Source of the DNA: Malacoraja senta
Lineage: Eukaryota
Reading direction: 5' to 3'
Assembly (NCBI GenBank): GCA_038087875.1
Contig: CM075989.1
Location: forward strand, 19,718,001 to 19,782,000
Length of the DNA stretch: 64,000 bases
Every line of letters starts with the position of its first letter. The stretch's first letter is position 1. The position numbers were made by a program, and so were the translations under genes. The notes under the pieces were generated by a model that was not told where the DNA came from, did not search any database, and worked only from the letters and a program-made list of their open reading frames with translations. Below, piece by piece: positions 27,739 through 39,359 of the stretch.

Positions 27739-28348
27739 GTGAAGGAAGGAACTGCAGATGCTGGTTTAACACCGAAGATAGACACAAACTGATGGAGAAA
27801 CTCAGCGGGTCAGGCAGAGTTTAGCATTAGAATGGAAGGAATGATTAGAAGGAATGGGTCGAGACCCTGCTCCAGTCTGAAGTCTGAAGAAGGGTCGAGA
27901 CCAGGAACGTCACCCATTCCTTCTATGCTGGGATGCTGCCTGTCCCGCTGCCTTCCTTCAGCCTTTGTGTCTATCACAGCAAATTGGAGGAACAGCATCT
28001 CATATTTCGCTTGGGCAGTTTACAACCCAGTGATATGAATATTGTATTCTCTAACTTCAAGTAACCCCTACACTCCCTCTCTCTCCATCCGCCCCCCACC
28101 CAAGTTGCAAAAAGGTTCCTGTTCTCACCTATCAAACTGCTAACAACGGCCTATTTCCTTTATCATAGTTACTTTTTTGCATATCTTTCATTCATTTGTT
28201 CTATATCTCTCTACATCACTGTCTATATCTCTCGTTCCCCTTTCCCCTGACTAGTCTGAAGAAGGGTCTCGACCCGAAACGTCACGCATTCCTTCTCTCC
28301 AGAGATACTGCCTGTCCCGATGAGTTACTCCAGCATTTTGTGTCTATC
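27739..28348 (+). mobile_element. Penelope-like element 3' fragment with inverted pLTR copies
   Basis: KLEEQHLIFRLGSLQPSDMNI...SNFK* remnant, then the shared 3' UTR and a hammerhead core at 28256-28283. Confidence 0.72.
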
Positions 28349-28434
28349 ACAGGAAATTAATAATGTATCATAAGGAAACATTTCTAGAGAGATTTTGCAA
28401 AGTATATAAGAGTGTTTGGGAGATGTTTGCTTAC

Positions 28435-28630
28435 CTGTCTCGATGTCCCAGACATAGACGGCTCCATCTATACACTCCACTATCAGGAGATCCTCTGCCG
28501 GACGCCATTTTATTATCTGCACTGGAGACAGATGCTTCCTTGCATGCATCAGACATGTTCGACATTGGAGACTCAGCAGTGCCACAGAGTTATCATTTGC
28601 CACACAGCAAATGGCCTGGTGCATCTCTGG
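28435..28630 (-). CDS. WDR72: WDR72 coding exon 12 (196 nt)
   Basis: [65 protein letters not shown]; ttcttccaacag acceptor, G|gtaagc donor. Confidence 0.95.
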
Positions 28631-30334
28631 CTGTTGGAAGAAAATGAACGCCAAGATTAATCCATGGCATCATCCAAGATTGAATGGCGGAGTAGACTTG
28701 ATGGGCCGTAGGGCCTAACTCTGCCCCTGTAACTCATGGTTAGTTCCTCTCTAAACGCAAGTCAATAGCAAGCAGATGTTCCTACCTCACACGTAGGTAA
28801 GCGATGAAGCGTTATAGAGGCATAGGGTCACACAGCACGCAAACAGGCCCTTCGGCCCAACTCATCCATGCCAACTGAGATGCTCCATCTAAGTTAGTCC
28901 AATTTGCCCATATTTGGCCCATATCCTAAATCTTTCCCATCCATGCACTTGTCAAGTTTCTTTTAAATGTTATACCTGCGTCAACCACATTCTCTGGCAG
29001 CTGATTCCATACACCTACCCTCTTTGTGTAAAAACGTTGCCCCTCAGATTCCTATTAAATCTTTCCCCTCTCACTTTCAATCTATGCTGGTTTAGAATCT
29101 TGATTTCCCTACTCTAGGTAAAAGGCTCTGGATTCACCCGATCTATTCCCCTCATGGTTTTGTACACCTCTATAAGATCACCCCTCAGTTTCCTGTGCTC
29201 CAAGGAATAAAACCCTACCTTGGTCTGGCCTCCCATTATATATATTGTGCTTTATTTGGAAAGAAAATTTACTAATAAATTACCTGCTGACAAAAACAGG
29301 AGATTTAAATCCTATTGTCTACATACAGTAACGCTGCAATAAAAAGTAAGGATCAATATCATGATAACTATGGAACAAATGGACTGTTATGAACACTATT
29401 CTGATTCATTAAAGCCCCTCAAGAAGAGATATAGAAGTGGGACATTATGGTTGCATCTGAACAATGGTCCTGATCCAAAACATCGCCTATCCATGCCCTC
29501 CAGAGATGCTGCCTGACCGGCTGGGTTAATCCAGCTACACAAGATTCCAACACGATTCATTGTGTCTCCATAGTTGATTCTTAACTGTACCCTACCTTTT
29601 CATACCTCTAGTTTCCCTCTCCCCTGACTCTCAGTCTGAAGAAGGGTCTCGACCCGAAACTTCACCTATTCCTTTTCTCCAGAGATGCTGCCTGACCAGC
29701 TGAGTTACTCCAGCATTTTGTGTCTATCTTCGCTGTAAACCAGCATCTGCAGTTCTTTCCTACGCCTGAAATATCCTTGTGCAGGAAGGAACTGCACGGA
29801 GTTTGTACGTTCTCCCCGTGACCTGCGTGGGTTTTCTCCGAGATCTTCGGTTTCCTCCTGCGCTCCAAAGACATACAGGTTTGTAAGTTAATTGGCTTGG
29901 TAGAAATGTAAAATAATTGTTCCCAGTGTGTGTAACCTGGTGTTAATGTGCGGGGGTCGCTGGTCGGTGAGCTGAAGTGCCTGGTTCTGCGCTGTATCTC
30001 TAAACTAAACTAAACTAAACTGCAGATGCTGGTTTACACCGAAGATAGACACAAAATGCTGGAGTAACTCAGTGGGTCAGGCAGCATCTCTGGAGAGGAG
30101 GAATAGGTGATGTTTTGGGTCGAAACCCTTGTTCAGATCCTGCATGCTAACCAGTTAGGAATGAAAAATAAGTGCATGGCTCATCGGCAAAGCTCACCAA
30201 TTGATGTATACAAACCTGATCAAAAATAGCAGAGAGGAGGCAACGGTATCAGTTCAAACATACTCCTTGTTAATAAAGGAAATCACCATTAGGATAAACA
30301 CCTCCTCCATGGCTTACAAGACTTACAAGACTTA

Positions 30335-30630
30335 GGGCGGAACAGTGGAGCAGTGGTAGAGTTGCTGCCGTACAGCGCCAGAGACCTGGGTTCGATCCTG
30401 ACTACGGGTGCTGTCTGTACCGAGTTTGTACATTCTCCCCATGACCTGTGTGGGCTTTCTCCGAGATCTTTGGTTTCCTCCCACACTCCAAAGATGTACA
30501 GGTATGTAGGTGAATTGGCTTGGAATAAGTGTAAATTGTCCCTAGCGTGTAGGATAGTGTTAATGCTGGTTGGCTAAGACTCGGTGGGCCGATGGGCCTG
30601 TTTCCGCGCCATATCACTAAACTAAACTAA
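30335..30630 (+). mobile_element. V/HE1-type SINE
   Basis: Same consensus; B-box GGTTCGATCC, (CTAAA)n tail. Confidence 0.85.
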
Positions 30631-31577
30631 GAGTAAACTTATCCTTGTTAAAGAGCATTGCTGCCTCGGTTAGCCGTGCCTCCAGCGATCGCTCTGTCAT
30701 CTTTACATTCTCCATGTGTCATCTCAACGTGAGAGGTGGCAGTGCAGCCGGAGAGGGTGGTGAGTCTATGGAACAAGCTACCAGAGGAGGTAGTTGAGGC
30801 TGGGACTATCCCAACGTTTAAGAAGCAGTTAGACGTGTACATGGATAGGGCAGGTTTGGAGGGATATGGACCAAGCGCAGGCTGGTGGGACTAGTGTAGC
30901 TGGCACATGTTGGCCGGTGTGGGCAAGTTGGACTGAAGGGCCTGTTTAATCTATGACTCTATGAGAGGTTCCTGTCAGCACCGGGATGTCCGGGGCTCGA
31001 CGGTACGAGGGCAGCCGAAGAACAATGAGTGGCAGGAATCACACTGCGTGTCCCTACCGCCGCCCAGATAAAGTGCGGCCAATTACTGCCGCCCTACTGT
31101 GCCCCGACTGAAATGTGTCATCATAAAAATGAATCTGCAGTTGTCTCAGCTTGGCGAATGCAGCGACGTTGGTGGTGAGGATTAAGGGCAGGGGAAGAGC
31201 AGGGTGATTAGAAAATGTCTTGTGGGCTCAATGTGGATAACGCTAAACATATGCAGAATCCTGCACTGGGACAGAGCTCTTGTTACATTCGGCACTCTGC
31301 CAGCAAATATATTGATGTGCTCTTCTATGTGTAGATCCAGCTAGAAAATGATTATAAACACCCCATTACTGCATGCATTACATCCATTTAGAAGCTATTA
31401 CAATGTTAAATACAATAATGAAAATGTTTAGTACATAACATTTTTATATCAACATCAATATCGTGACTTTACTTCAGCACTAAATCAATGGTTTATTATC
31501 GTCCCAGTATGTCAAAATGAAGCTCAGGACTCAATGGACAAGCGTTCATTCACATTCAGCTTGTAATTACTTATAAG

Positions 31578-32224
31578 GATAGACACACAAATGCTGGAGT
31601 AACTCAGCGGGACAGGCAGCATCTCTGGAGAGAAGGAATAGGTGGCGTTTCTGGTCGAGACCCTTCTTCAGACCCGAAGGTGCAGGAGTGTAGTCAGCAT
31701 ATACTCTAATAGATGTTGGGTACCATGTACTGACCTTTCTGTCCTGGGCCTCCTCCACTGTCAGAGTGAGGCCAAACTCAAATTGGAGGAGCAGCACCTC
31801 GTATTTCATTTGGGCAGATTGGGCAGTGGCTTGAATTCTGATTTCTCTAACTTCAAGTAAACCTTGCTTTCCCTCTCTCTCCCCTTCACTCCCCCATCCT
31901 CCTTCTCTGACTAGTTTCACTATCCTGACTAATTTTTTTATGTTTTCATGTTATGTTTTTTATGCCTTGTTGTCACCATCCCCACAGCCAACAATGAACC
32001 ATTCTACATTTCCTAGAGCATCGTCTGCATTGATCTGTCTTTTACACACCTTACCCTTCCATTCATCTCGTCCCCCTCTCCCCTGAACCTCAGTCTGAAG
32101 AAGGGTCTCGACCTGAAACGTCACCCATTCCTTCTCTCCAGAGATGCTGCCTGTCCCACCGAGTTGCTCCAGCATTTGGTGTCTATCTTCGGTGTAAACC
32201 AGCATCTGCAGTTCCATCCTACAC
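31578..32224 (+). mobile_element. Penelope-like element 3' fragment with inverted pLTR copies
   Basis: GIY-YIG C-terminus LHCQSEAKLKLEEQHLVFHLG...SDFSNFK*; the ~95-bp left end is inverted relative to the right end, which carries a hammerhead-like core. Confidence 0.75.
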
Positions 32225-32239
32225 TTATCATTTACTTAC

Positions 32240-32460
32240 ACTGCATTCCTCTGGACACACGGACAGGTTCAGAACGGCCCCCGCGTGCAGGACAAATCTG
32301 TGCAGGATCTCCCCTTTGAACATGTCCCACGAGATCACGCACGAGTCTTCGTCTCCCGACACCAACCAGCTGGGGTCGAAGGTGGCAGATTTACTGTGCG
32401 GGTGGAGGAGGCAGGTCACGCGGCCACAGTGGCCCACCAGAATCCTGTGTGGCAACCAGG
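32240..32460 (-). CDS. WDR72: WDR72 coding exon 11 (221 nt)
   Basis: WLPHRILVGHCGRVTCLLHPHSKSATFDPSWLVSGDEDSCVISWDMFKGEILHRFVLHAGAVLNLSVCPEECS; tcctcgcag acceptor, AGT|gtaagt donor. Confidence 0.95.
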
Positions 32461-33986
32461 CTGCGAGGACAAACATTGGTCAGCAACGAGTCCCCACAGA
32501 CATCACTATACAATGTGAAGACAAGCCCCTTCGGCCGAGCGAGTCCGTGCCAATATCACATGTGACATGTCACAGTGAAATGCTTTGTTTTCTAAACCAT
32601 ACACAAGGTATGCAAAGGGTCACCACGTATAGGGCGCCGACACTTTCCAAATATTCATTATAGTCCCTAATGGTCTCTCTTTGTTCTCAGCACCCCCCCC
32701 TCCCCCACTCCCCACTACATTCAACAGCAGCACAGTGTGGTCACGGTAAAGTTGCTGCCTTACAGCACCAGAGTCCTGGGTTCGATCTTGACTACGGGTG
32801 CTGTCTGTATGGAGTTTGTACGTTCTACCTGTGACTGCGTGGGTTTTCTCTGGATGTTCCGGTTCCTCCCACACTCTAAGGACTTGCGGGTTTGCAAGTT
32901 AATTGGCTTTTGTAAATTGCCCTTAGCGTGTGGGATGCGAAAGTGGGACAACGTGGAACTAGTGTGCGGGGGTCGACGGTCGGCGTGGACTCAGTGGATG
33001 AAAGGCCCTGTATCCATCCACGTTGTATCTCTAAACTAGACTCTTTACGGCTTAAACAGTCGGCAAAGCTGGGGTGGAATTTTGTCAAATGTCATAACTT
33101 GTGGGGCATTTCAGGGACAGGGATTCTTCATTAAAAACTTAATTAATAATAAATGTAATCGATTATTTACAATAATATGAACAATACAAAACAACACCAA
33201 TAAACCCACCACCATGATACAAAGCATAAAAAATATTCTTAAATACTGAATATAAAATAAATAAATATATTACAATCCTTGTTAAGGATATCATTAAAAC
33301 ATTTTTTTTCTTCTTTTTTCCCCATTAAAATCTGTTGGTGTTGGAACTATGTGGCTGGAGTTTAAGATGATTCATCACTTTTGCATCCGCCAAGTTTGGG
33401 TGTGGGGTGACCAGGGATGGTCATTGTGAGAAGCAGACCCTTTGCTTTTGGGTGGCAATTGCCAACAGTGGATCAACAGGTCGATTAGACTGCAGTCGAA
33501 CAACTGTCCATGCCAGCAACATTGGCCCAATATGTTCACAATTCTTTGGACATTTCTGTCAGTGAAGGTACTGCAGTTTGCCAGTTACAAATAACTTCAA
33601 AGTCTTCATTTTATTACTCCCTCTGGCAACAAACCTGTGCAGCCTGCAAACATAAATCCTTTTATTCCTGACAACGTGAAGAAAATTCATTTAACAGGTC
33701 CCATGGCACACACAAGGATAAAAGAACCTCTGTTAAAGTTGTTGAATTAGGTTAGCACCTCATAGCCCCAAATAGGATTTTCACCGAACGTAGCAACACT
33801 GACAAGTCCTGCATTTTCTGCCCCATTCTGCCTGCCTTTAAGATAGTGGTGATAAAGCTTTGGATTAGAGTCATAGAGCCATACAGCATGGAAACAGGCC
33901 CTTTGGCTCAACTTGTCCACGCCAACCAAAATGCCCCATCTACGCTAGTCCCACCTGCCTGCATTTGGCTAATATCCTTCTAAACC

Positions 33987-34382
33987 TGTGGGCAGTGGGC
34001 AGGTGCTATAGACCTGCACAGGAAGGTAGACGCTCCCGCCCCCACGAGTCCCGGGTAGATGGGGCTCATCAGCCTGGGAAGGCAGTCCATCTAGGAGAGG
34101 GAAAACTCTGATTTAAAACCTCCACTGCCTTGTGGCCATATCCAGTCATGGAAAAGGCTCCAGGAGTAAACCTCAAGAAAATCCGGAGTCGGAGTCCCTA
34201 AGGCAGTTCGTCGTTGTCTACAACCTCGCTCTGGCAGCTCCTGCGACGGTGCTGGTGCCAAACTGTAACGGCCCTGCTGTTCCTTTGGATCGATCAGCGA
34301 CATGGAGAGGGGGGACGTGCTGCATGGGCAACAGCCTGTCCTCCATATGACTTCGCCTAGGCTTGCATCCGACCACACATCA
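33987..34382 (+). mobile_element. Short non-autonomous retroposon resembling RTE/Ingi-Vingi-type LINE 5' leaders
   Basis: 11-bp TSD ccttctaaacc / ccttctgaacc splitting a CR1 tail; contains GGCAGTCCATCTAGGAGAGGGAAAACTCTGATTTAAAACC, which I recall from such leaders; family assignment tentative. Confidence 0.55.
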
Positions 34383-36793
34383 CCTTCTGAACCCTTCCAA
34401 TCCATGTACCTGTCCATATTTTTTTTAAATATTGTTATTATACCCTCAACTACCTCCTCTGGCTAAAGAACACAAAGTGCGCGAGTAACTCAGCGGATCT
34501 GCCAGCATACAACCTTGGGTAGCTCACAACCCAAAGGTGTGAACACTGGATTCTCCAAACTCTGTGATTTTTACCTCCTCCAGCAGCTCGTTTCATATAC
34601 CCACCACCTGTTGTGTGAAAAAGTTACCCCTAGGATTTCTATTCAATCTTTCTCCTCTCACCTTCAACCTATGTCCTCTAGCTCTTGATTCCCCTACTCT
34701 AGGTACTCTTTGCCCTATCTATTCCCCTCATGATTCTATACGTCTCTATAAGATCACAGTCTTCAAGGTATAAAGTCCTAGCCTGCCCTATAGCTCAGGT
34801 CCTCAAGTCCTGGCAAGGTCCTTGTGAAGCTTCTCTGCATTCTTTCCAGCTCAACAATATCCTTTGTATGGAAGGGTAAACAAAACTGAACATGATACTC
34901 CAAATGCAACCTCATATTGTACAACTCTAACATAACATCTCAACTTATGTACAATACCCTGACTGCTGAAGGCCAATGTACCAAAAGCCTTTTTGACCAC
35001 CCTATCTACCTGTGATGCCACTTTCAGGGAACTATGTACCTGCAATCCTAAAACCATCTGTTCTACAACACACCCCAGTGAAGGTCCTGGCCTAGTTTGA
35101 CTTTCCAAAATGCAACCCCTCACTTTCATCTGCATTAAGCTCCATTCCTCAGACCATTTGCCCAGCTGATATGGTGTTTTGTGTGCCGTTCTGGTCGTCC
35201 CATTACAGGAAGGAGGTGGAGGCTTTGGAGAAGGTGCAGACGAGGTTTACCGGGATGCTGTATGAATTAAGGGGTATTAACTGCAAAGAGAGGTTGGACA
35301 AACTTGGATTATTTTCTCTGGAGTGTTGGAAGTTGAAGGGAGACCTGATATAAGTATATACACTTATGAGGCATAGATGAGGTAGACAATCAGAACTTTT
35401 ATCCAAATATAGAAATGTCAAAGACTAGCGGGCAGAAAGTGTGAGGGGAAAAGTTGAAAAGAATTTAGTTTTTTTTACACAGAGAGTGGTGGGTGCCTGG
35501 ATCACGATGCAGGGGGTGGTGGTGGGGGGCAGATACGATTAGTGGTGTTTAACAGGCTTTTAGAAAGAGCATGGATATGCAGGGAATGGAGTAAAATGTT
35601 TCACGCGCAGGCAGAGAAGATTTGTTTAACTTGACGTCATGTTCAACACAGACATTGTGGGCTGAAGGGCCTGTTCCTGTGCTGTACTCTTGTATGTTCT
35701 TTGTTCTAGCATGTGATTCAGTAGACAGGTGTCAGCTTCTGATTCCGAGGCAGATGGTAAGTGATTATATGCCAATGACGGACTGAGTGTCAATTTTGGA
35801 TTGCTGATGTTGCTGCAGATTGTCCAAAGCTATAGGGAGAGGTTGGGCAAGCTCGGACTTTATTACTTGGAGTGCAGGAGTCTGAGGGATGATGTTATAG
35901 AGGTGTATAGAATCATGAGAATAGACAGAATGAATTGGCCTATTGCCAATCTGTTGTCTATCAGAGAAGGATCAATATTGGAAGTAAAGTGAGGGAAGGC
36001 TGTTTGAGAGGAATTCATTAAGGTGTTAAACTGAGAGCTCAAGGTAGATTAAGGCTAAGAAGCTAATCAGTGTAGGAATCAGAAGGTATAAATTAATACA
36101 TTTCAGAGTAAACTGAGATACTGAGGTAACCCAAAATAACCCAAAATAGATCATCCGTGATTGAATGGCGAAGTAAACGATGGGCTGAATGGCCTACCTC
36201 TGCTCCTAGAACATATGAACACCTGAATTTATTTTTAAATATAATAATATAACAAAACATAAGCTGTTGAGCAGGCGAGGACTCTGCTCCTTGGAGTGCA
36301 GGAGGATGAGGGGTGATCTTATAAAAGTGTACAAAACCGTGAGAGGAATAGATCGGGCAGACGCACAGCGTCTCTTGCCCAGAGTTGAGGAATCGAGAAC
36401 CAGAGGACATAGGTTTAAGTTGAGGGGGGAAAGATTTAATAGGAACCTGAGGGGTAAAGTTTTTACACAAAAGGTTGACGGGTGTATGGAACGAGCTACC
36501 GGGGGAGGTAGTTGAGGCAGGTACCATCGCAACATTTAAAAAACATTTAGCTACATGAATAGGTACACAAAAATGCTGGAGAATTTTTGTGTACCTTCGA
36601 TTTTCCAGCGTTTACAGTTCCTTCTTTAACACTTTAGATACATGAATAGGACAGGTTTGGAGGGATATGGGCCAAATGCAGGCAGGTGGGACTAGTGCAG
36701 ATGGGACATGGTGGACAGCGTGGGCAAGTTGGGCTGATGGACCTGTTTCCACGCTGTATGACTATGACTATATTAAAATAATAATAAAGGTAC

Positions 36794-37037
36794 CTTTTAA
36801 GAAAAATGTTCGACCAGGAGTTGGGCTCGTGCAGCATGCAAACCCAAGGTGATTATTATCCGCCCATTTTCACATCCGCAAACAAGTTTTTCAAGATTGG
36901 AATATAAATGCTGGCTGTGATCAAACCAGACGGAATCCCATTCATGTGTCCACCCAACTGGTCAGTTATTTCTTCTGTGGCGGTCTTGTGCTGTTCAAAT
37001 GCTCCTTGTAGGCTCAACGTTGCAGCCATCTTAACCT
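36794..37037 (-). CDS. WDR72: WDR72 coding exon 10 (244 nt as assembled; two 1-nt deletions, 246 nt needed)
   Basis: EVKMAATLSLQGAFEQHKTATEEITDQLGGHMNGIPSGLITASIYIP, shift, LEKLVCGCENGRIIITLGLHAARAQLLVEHF, shift, LK; cttctag acceptor, AAAG|gtacct donor. Confidence 0.9.
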
Positions 37038-37587
37038 CTAGAAGCGGTAGATATAATAGGTACCATTATATAATACGGTACACAAATATAATACCTTTAT
37101 CATGTATCTGTGCACTGTGGATGTGTAGGGGGGAATTGCAGCTGCTGGTTCACACTGAAGATAGACACAAAATGCTGGAGTAACTCAGCGGGACAGGCAG
37201 CATCTCTGGAGAGAAGGAATGGGTGGCGTTTTGGGTCGAAACCCTTCTTGAAGAGAGGATGGAAACGCGGGCAGGTGGGATTAGTGTAGATGGGACTTGT
37301 TGGTCGGCGTGGGCAAGATGGGCCAAAGGGCCTGTTTCCACACTGTATGACTATGATTCTATAACACACCCATCTCAAGAGTCACGTCATCCCCTGTGTC
37401 CTGACCCATAGATTACATAGGTTTACTAGGGGACTGGAAGACCCAGCCCAGATTTCCGCATGTACATAACAACACGTAAGTACTTAGTGGCATGCATCAT
37501 CAATGGAAATGTCAATTTCCAGTTGCATACAATGAAAAATAATAACTAAACCATTGCATTTTCAGTTAGATTTAATGAGCAGCAGCT

Positions 37588-38417
37588 AGAAACATAGAAA
37601 CATAGAAATTAGGTGCAGGAGTAGGCCATTCGGCCTTCGAGCCTGCACCGCCATTCAATATGATCATGGCTGATCACCCAACTCAGTATCCCGTACCTGC
37701 CTTCTCTCCATACCCTCTGATCCCTTTAGCCACAAGGGCCACATCTAGCTCCTCTTAAATATAGCCAATGAACTGGCCTCGACTACCCTCTGTGGCAGAG
37801 AGTTCCAGAGATTCACCACTCTCTGTGTGAAAAAAGTTCTTCTCATCTCGGTTTTAAAGGATTTCCCCTTATCCTTAAGCTGTGACCCCTTGTCCTGGAC
37901 TTCCCCAACATCGGAGCAATCTTCCTGCATCTAGCCTGTCCAACTCCTTAAGAATTTTGTAAGTTTCTATAAGATCCCCTCTCAATCTCCTAAATTCTAG
38001 AGAGTATAAACCAAGTCTATCCAGTCTTTCTTCATAAGACAGTCCTGACATCCAGGAATCAGTCTGGTGAACCTTCTCTGCACTCCCTCTATGGCAATAA
38101 TGTCCTTCCTCAGATTTGGAGACCAAAACTGTACGCAATACTCCAGGTGTGGTCTCACCAAGACCCTGTACAACTGCAGTAGAACCTCCCTGCTCCTATA
38201 CTTAAATCCTTTTGCTATGAAAGCTAACATACCATTCGCTTTCTTCACTGCCTGCTGCACCTGCATGCCTACTTTCAATGACTGGTGTACCATGACACCC
38301 AGGTCTCGCTGCATCTCCCCTTTTCCTAGTCGGCCACCATTTAGAAAATAGTCTGCTTTCCTGTTTTTGCCACCAAAATGGATAACCTCACATTTATCCA
38401 CATTATACTGCATCTGC
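37588..38417 (-). mobile_element. CR1/HER1-type LINE 3' fragment
   Basis: RT C-terminus MQYNVDKCEVIHFG...RPHLEYCVQFWSP...RLRGDLIETYKI...VVNLWNSLP, followed by a (TATGTTTC)n tail. Confidence 0.9.
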
Positions 38418-39217
38418 TAGCAAATAATTCCCCCTGTTTACATCCTTGTTCTAAAGTTGGCATTTCATTTATCTGACCATAATTGGTGCAGAGGAGATTT
38501 TCCTCAACGTTGCCTGAATTGTAAGCTACAGGGAAAAGTTGGACAGACTTGGATTGTTTTTGCTGGAACGCCAGTGGTTGAGGGGAGACTTGATGGAGGT
38601 ATACATAATTATGAGAGGCAGAGAATTTGTTTTGCAGGGTAGAAATGTCAAAGACTAGAAGACATGGCTAAAAGGTCTTAACAAGTTTAATAAACTAATA
38701 AGTTTAATGGAGATGTGCACGTCAAGTTTTTTTTTTAACACAGAGGCTGTTGGAGCCTTGGAAGGCATTACCAGGAGTGGTGATGGAGGTCGTTACGATA
38801 GTGCCATTTAAGAAGCTTTAGGATAGACACTAGGAAGTTCTGGAATGGAGGAATATGGATCATGTACAGGCAGATGAAATCAATTTAACTTGGCATCATA
38901 TTCAGCACAAACATTGAGGGCCGAAGGGCCCGTTCCTGTGCTGTACTGTTCTATGTTCAATGATCAATCTTCTAATCTATAGCTTGATTCTCGAACAAAT
39001 TGGGGAAAGAAATGTTGGTGTTGGTATTGGTTTTTTATTGTCACCTTTACCGAGATACAGTGAAAAGCTTTTGTTCATGTGTTATGCAGTCAAACCAAAT
39101 CATAGTATGTATGAGTACATTGGAGCCACACACAAGTACAATAGATAGCGCAAAGAGCAAAATACCAGAGTTTCAAACATTGTTAATGAGTCAGGAGATG
39201 GCAGACTTTGCTTTTAC

Positions 39218-39359
39218 CTTGGGGGGAGCCATCACGTGTGGCCATTGGAACATCGGGAATGTGCCACATGGAAACCTTCCCCGAAGCTTCACCACAGAAG
39301 AGAATCTTGTGAAAAGGCTCCTTGCGTTCATTGATGTAAATCAGAATTGCCTGGAGAAA
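39218..39359 (-). CDS. WDR72: WDR72 coding exon 9 (142 nt; alternative in-frame acceptor at 39350)
   Basis: [47 protein letters not shown]; ctctctttttag acceptor, G|gtaaaa donor. Confidence 0.92.
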
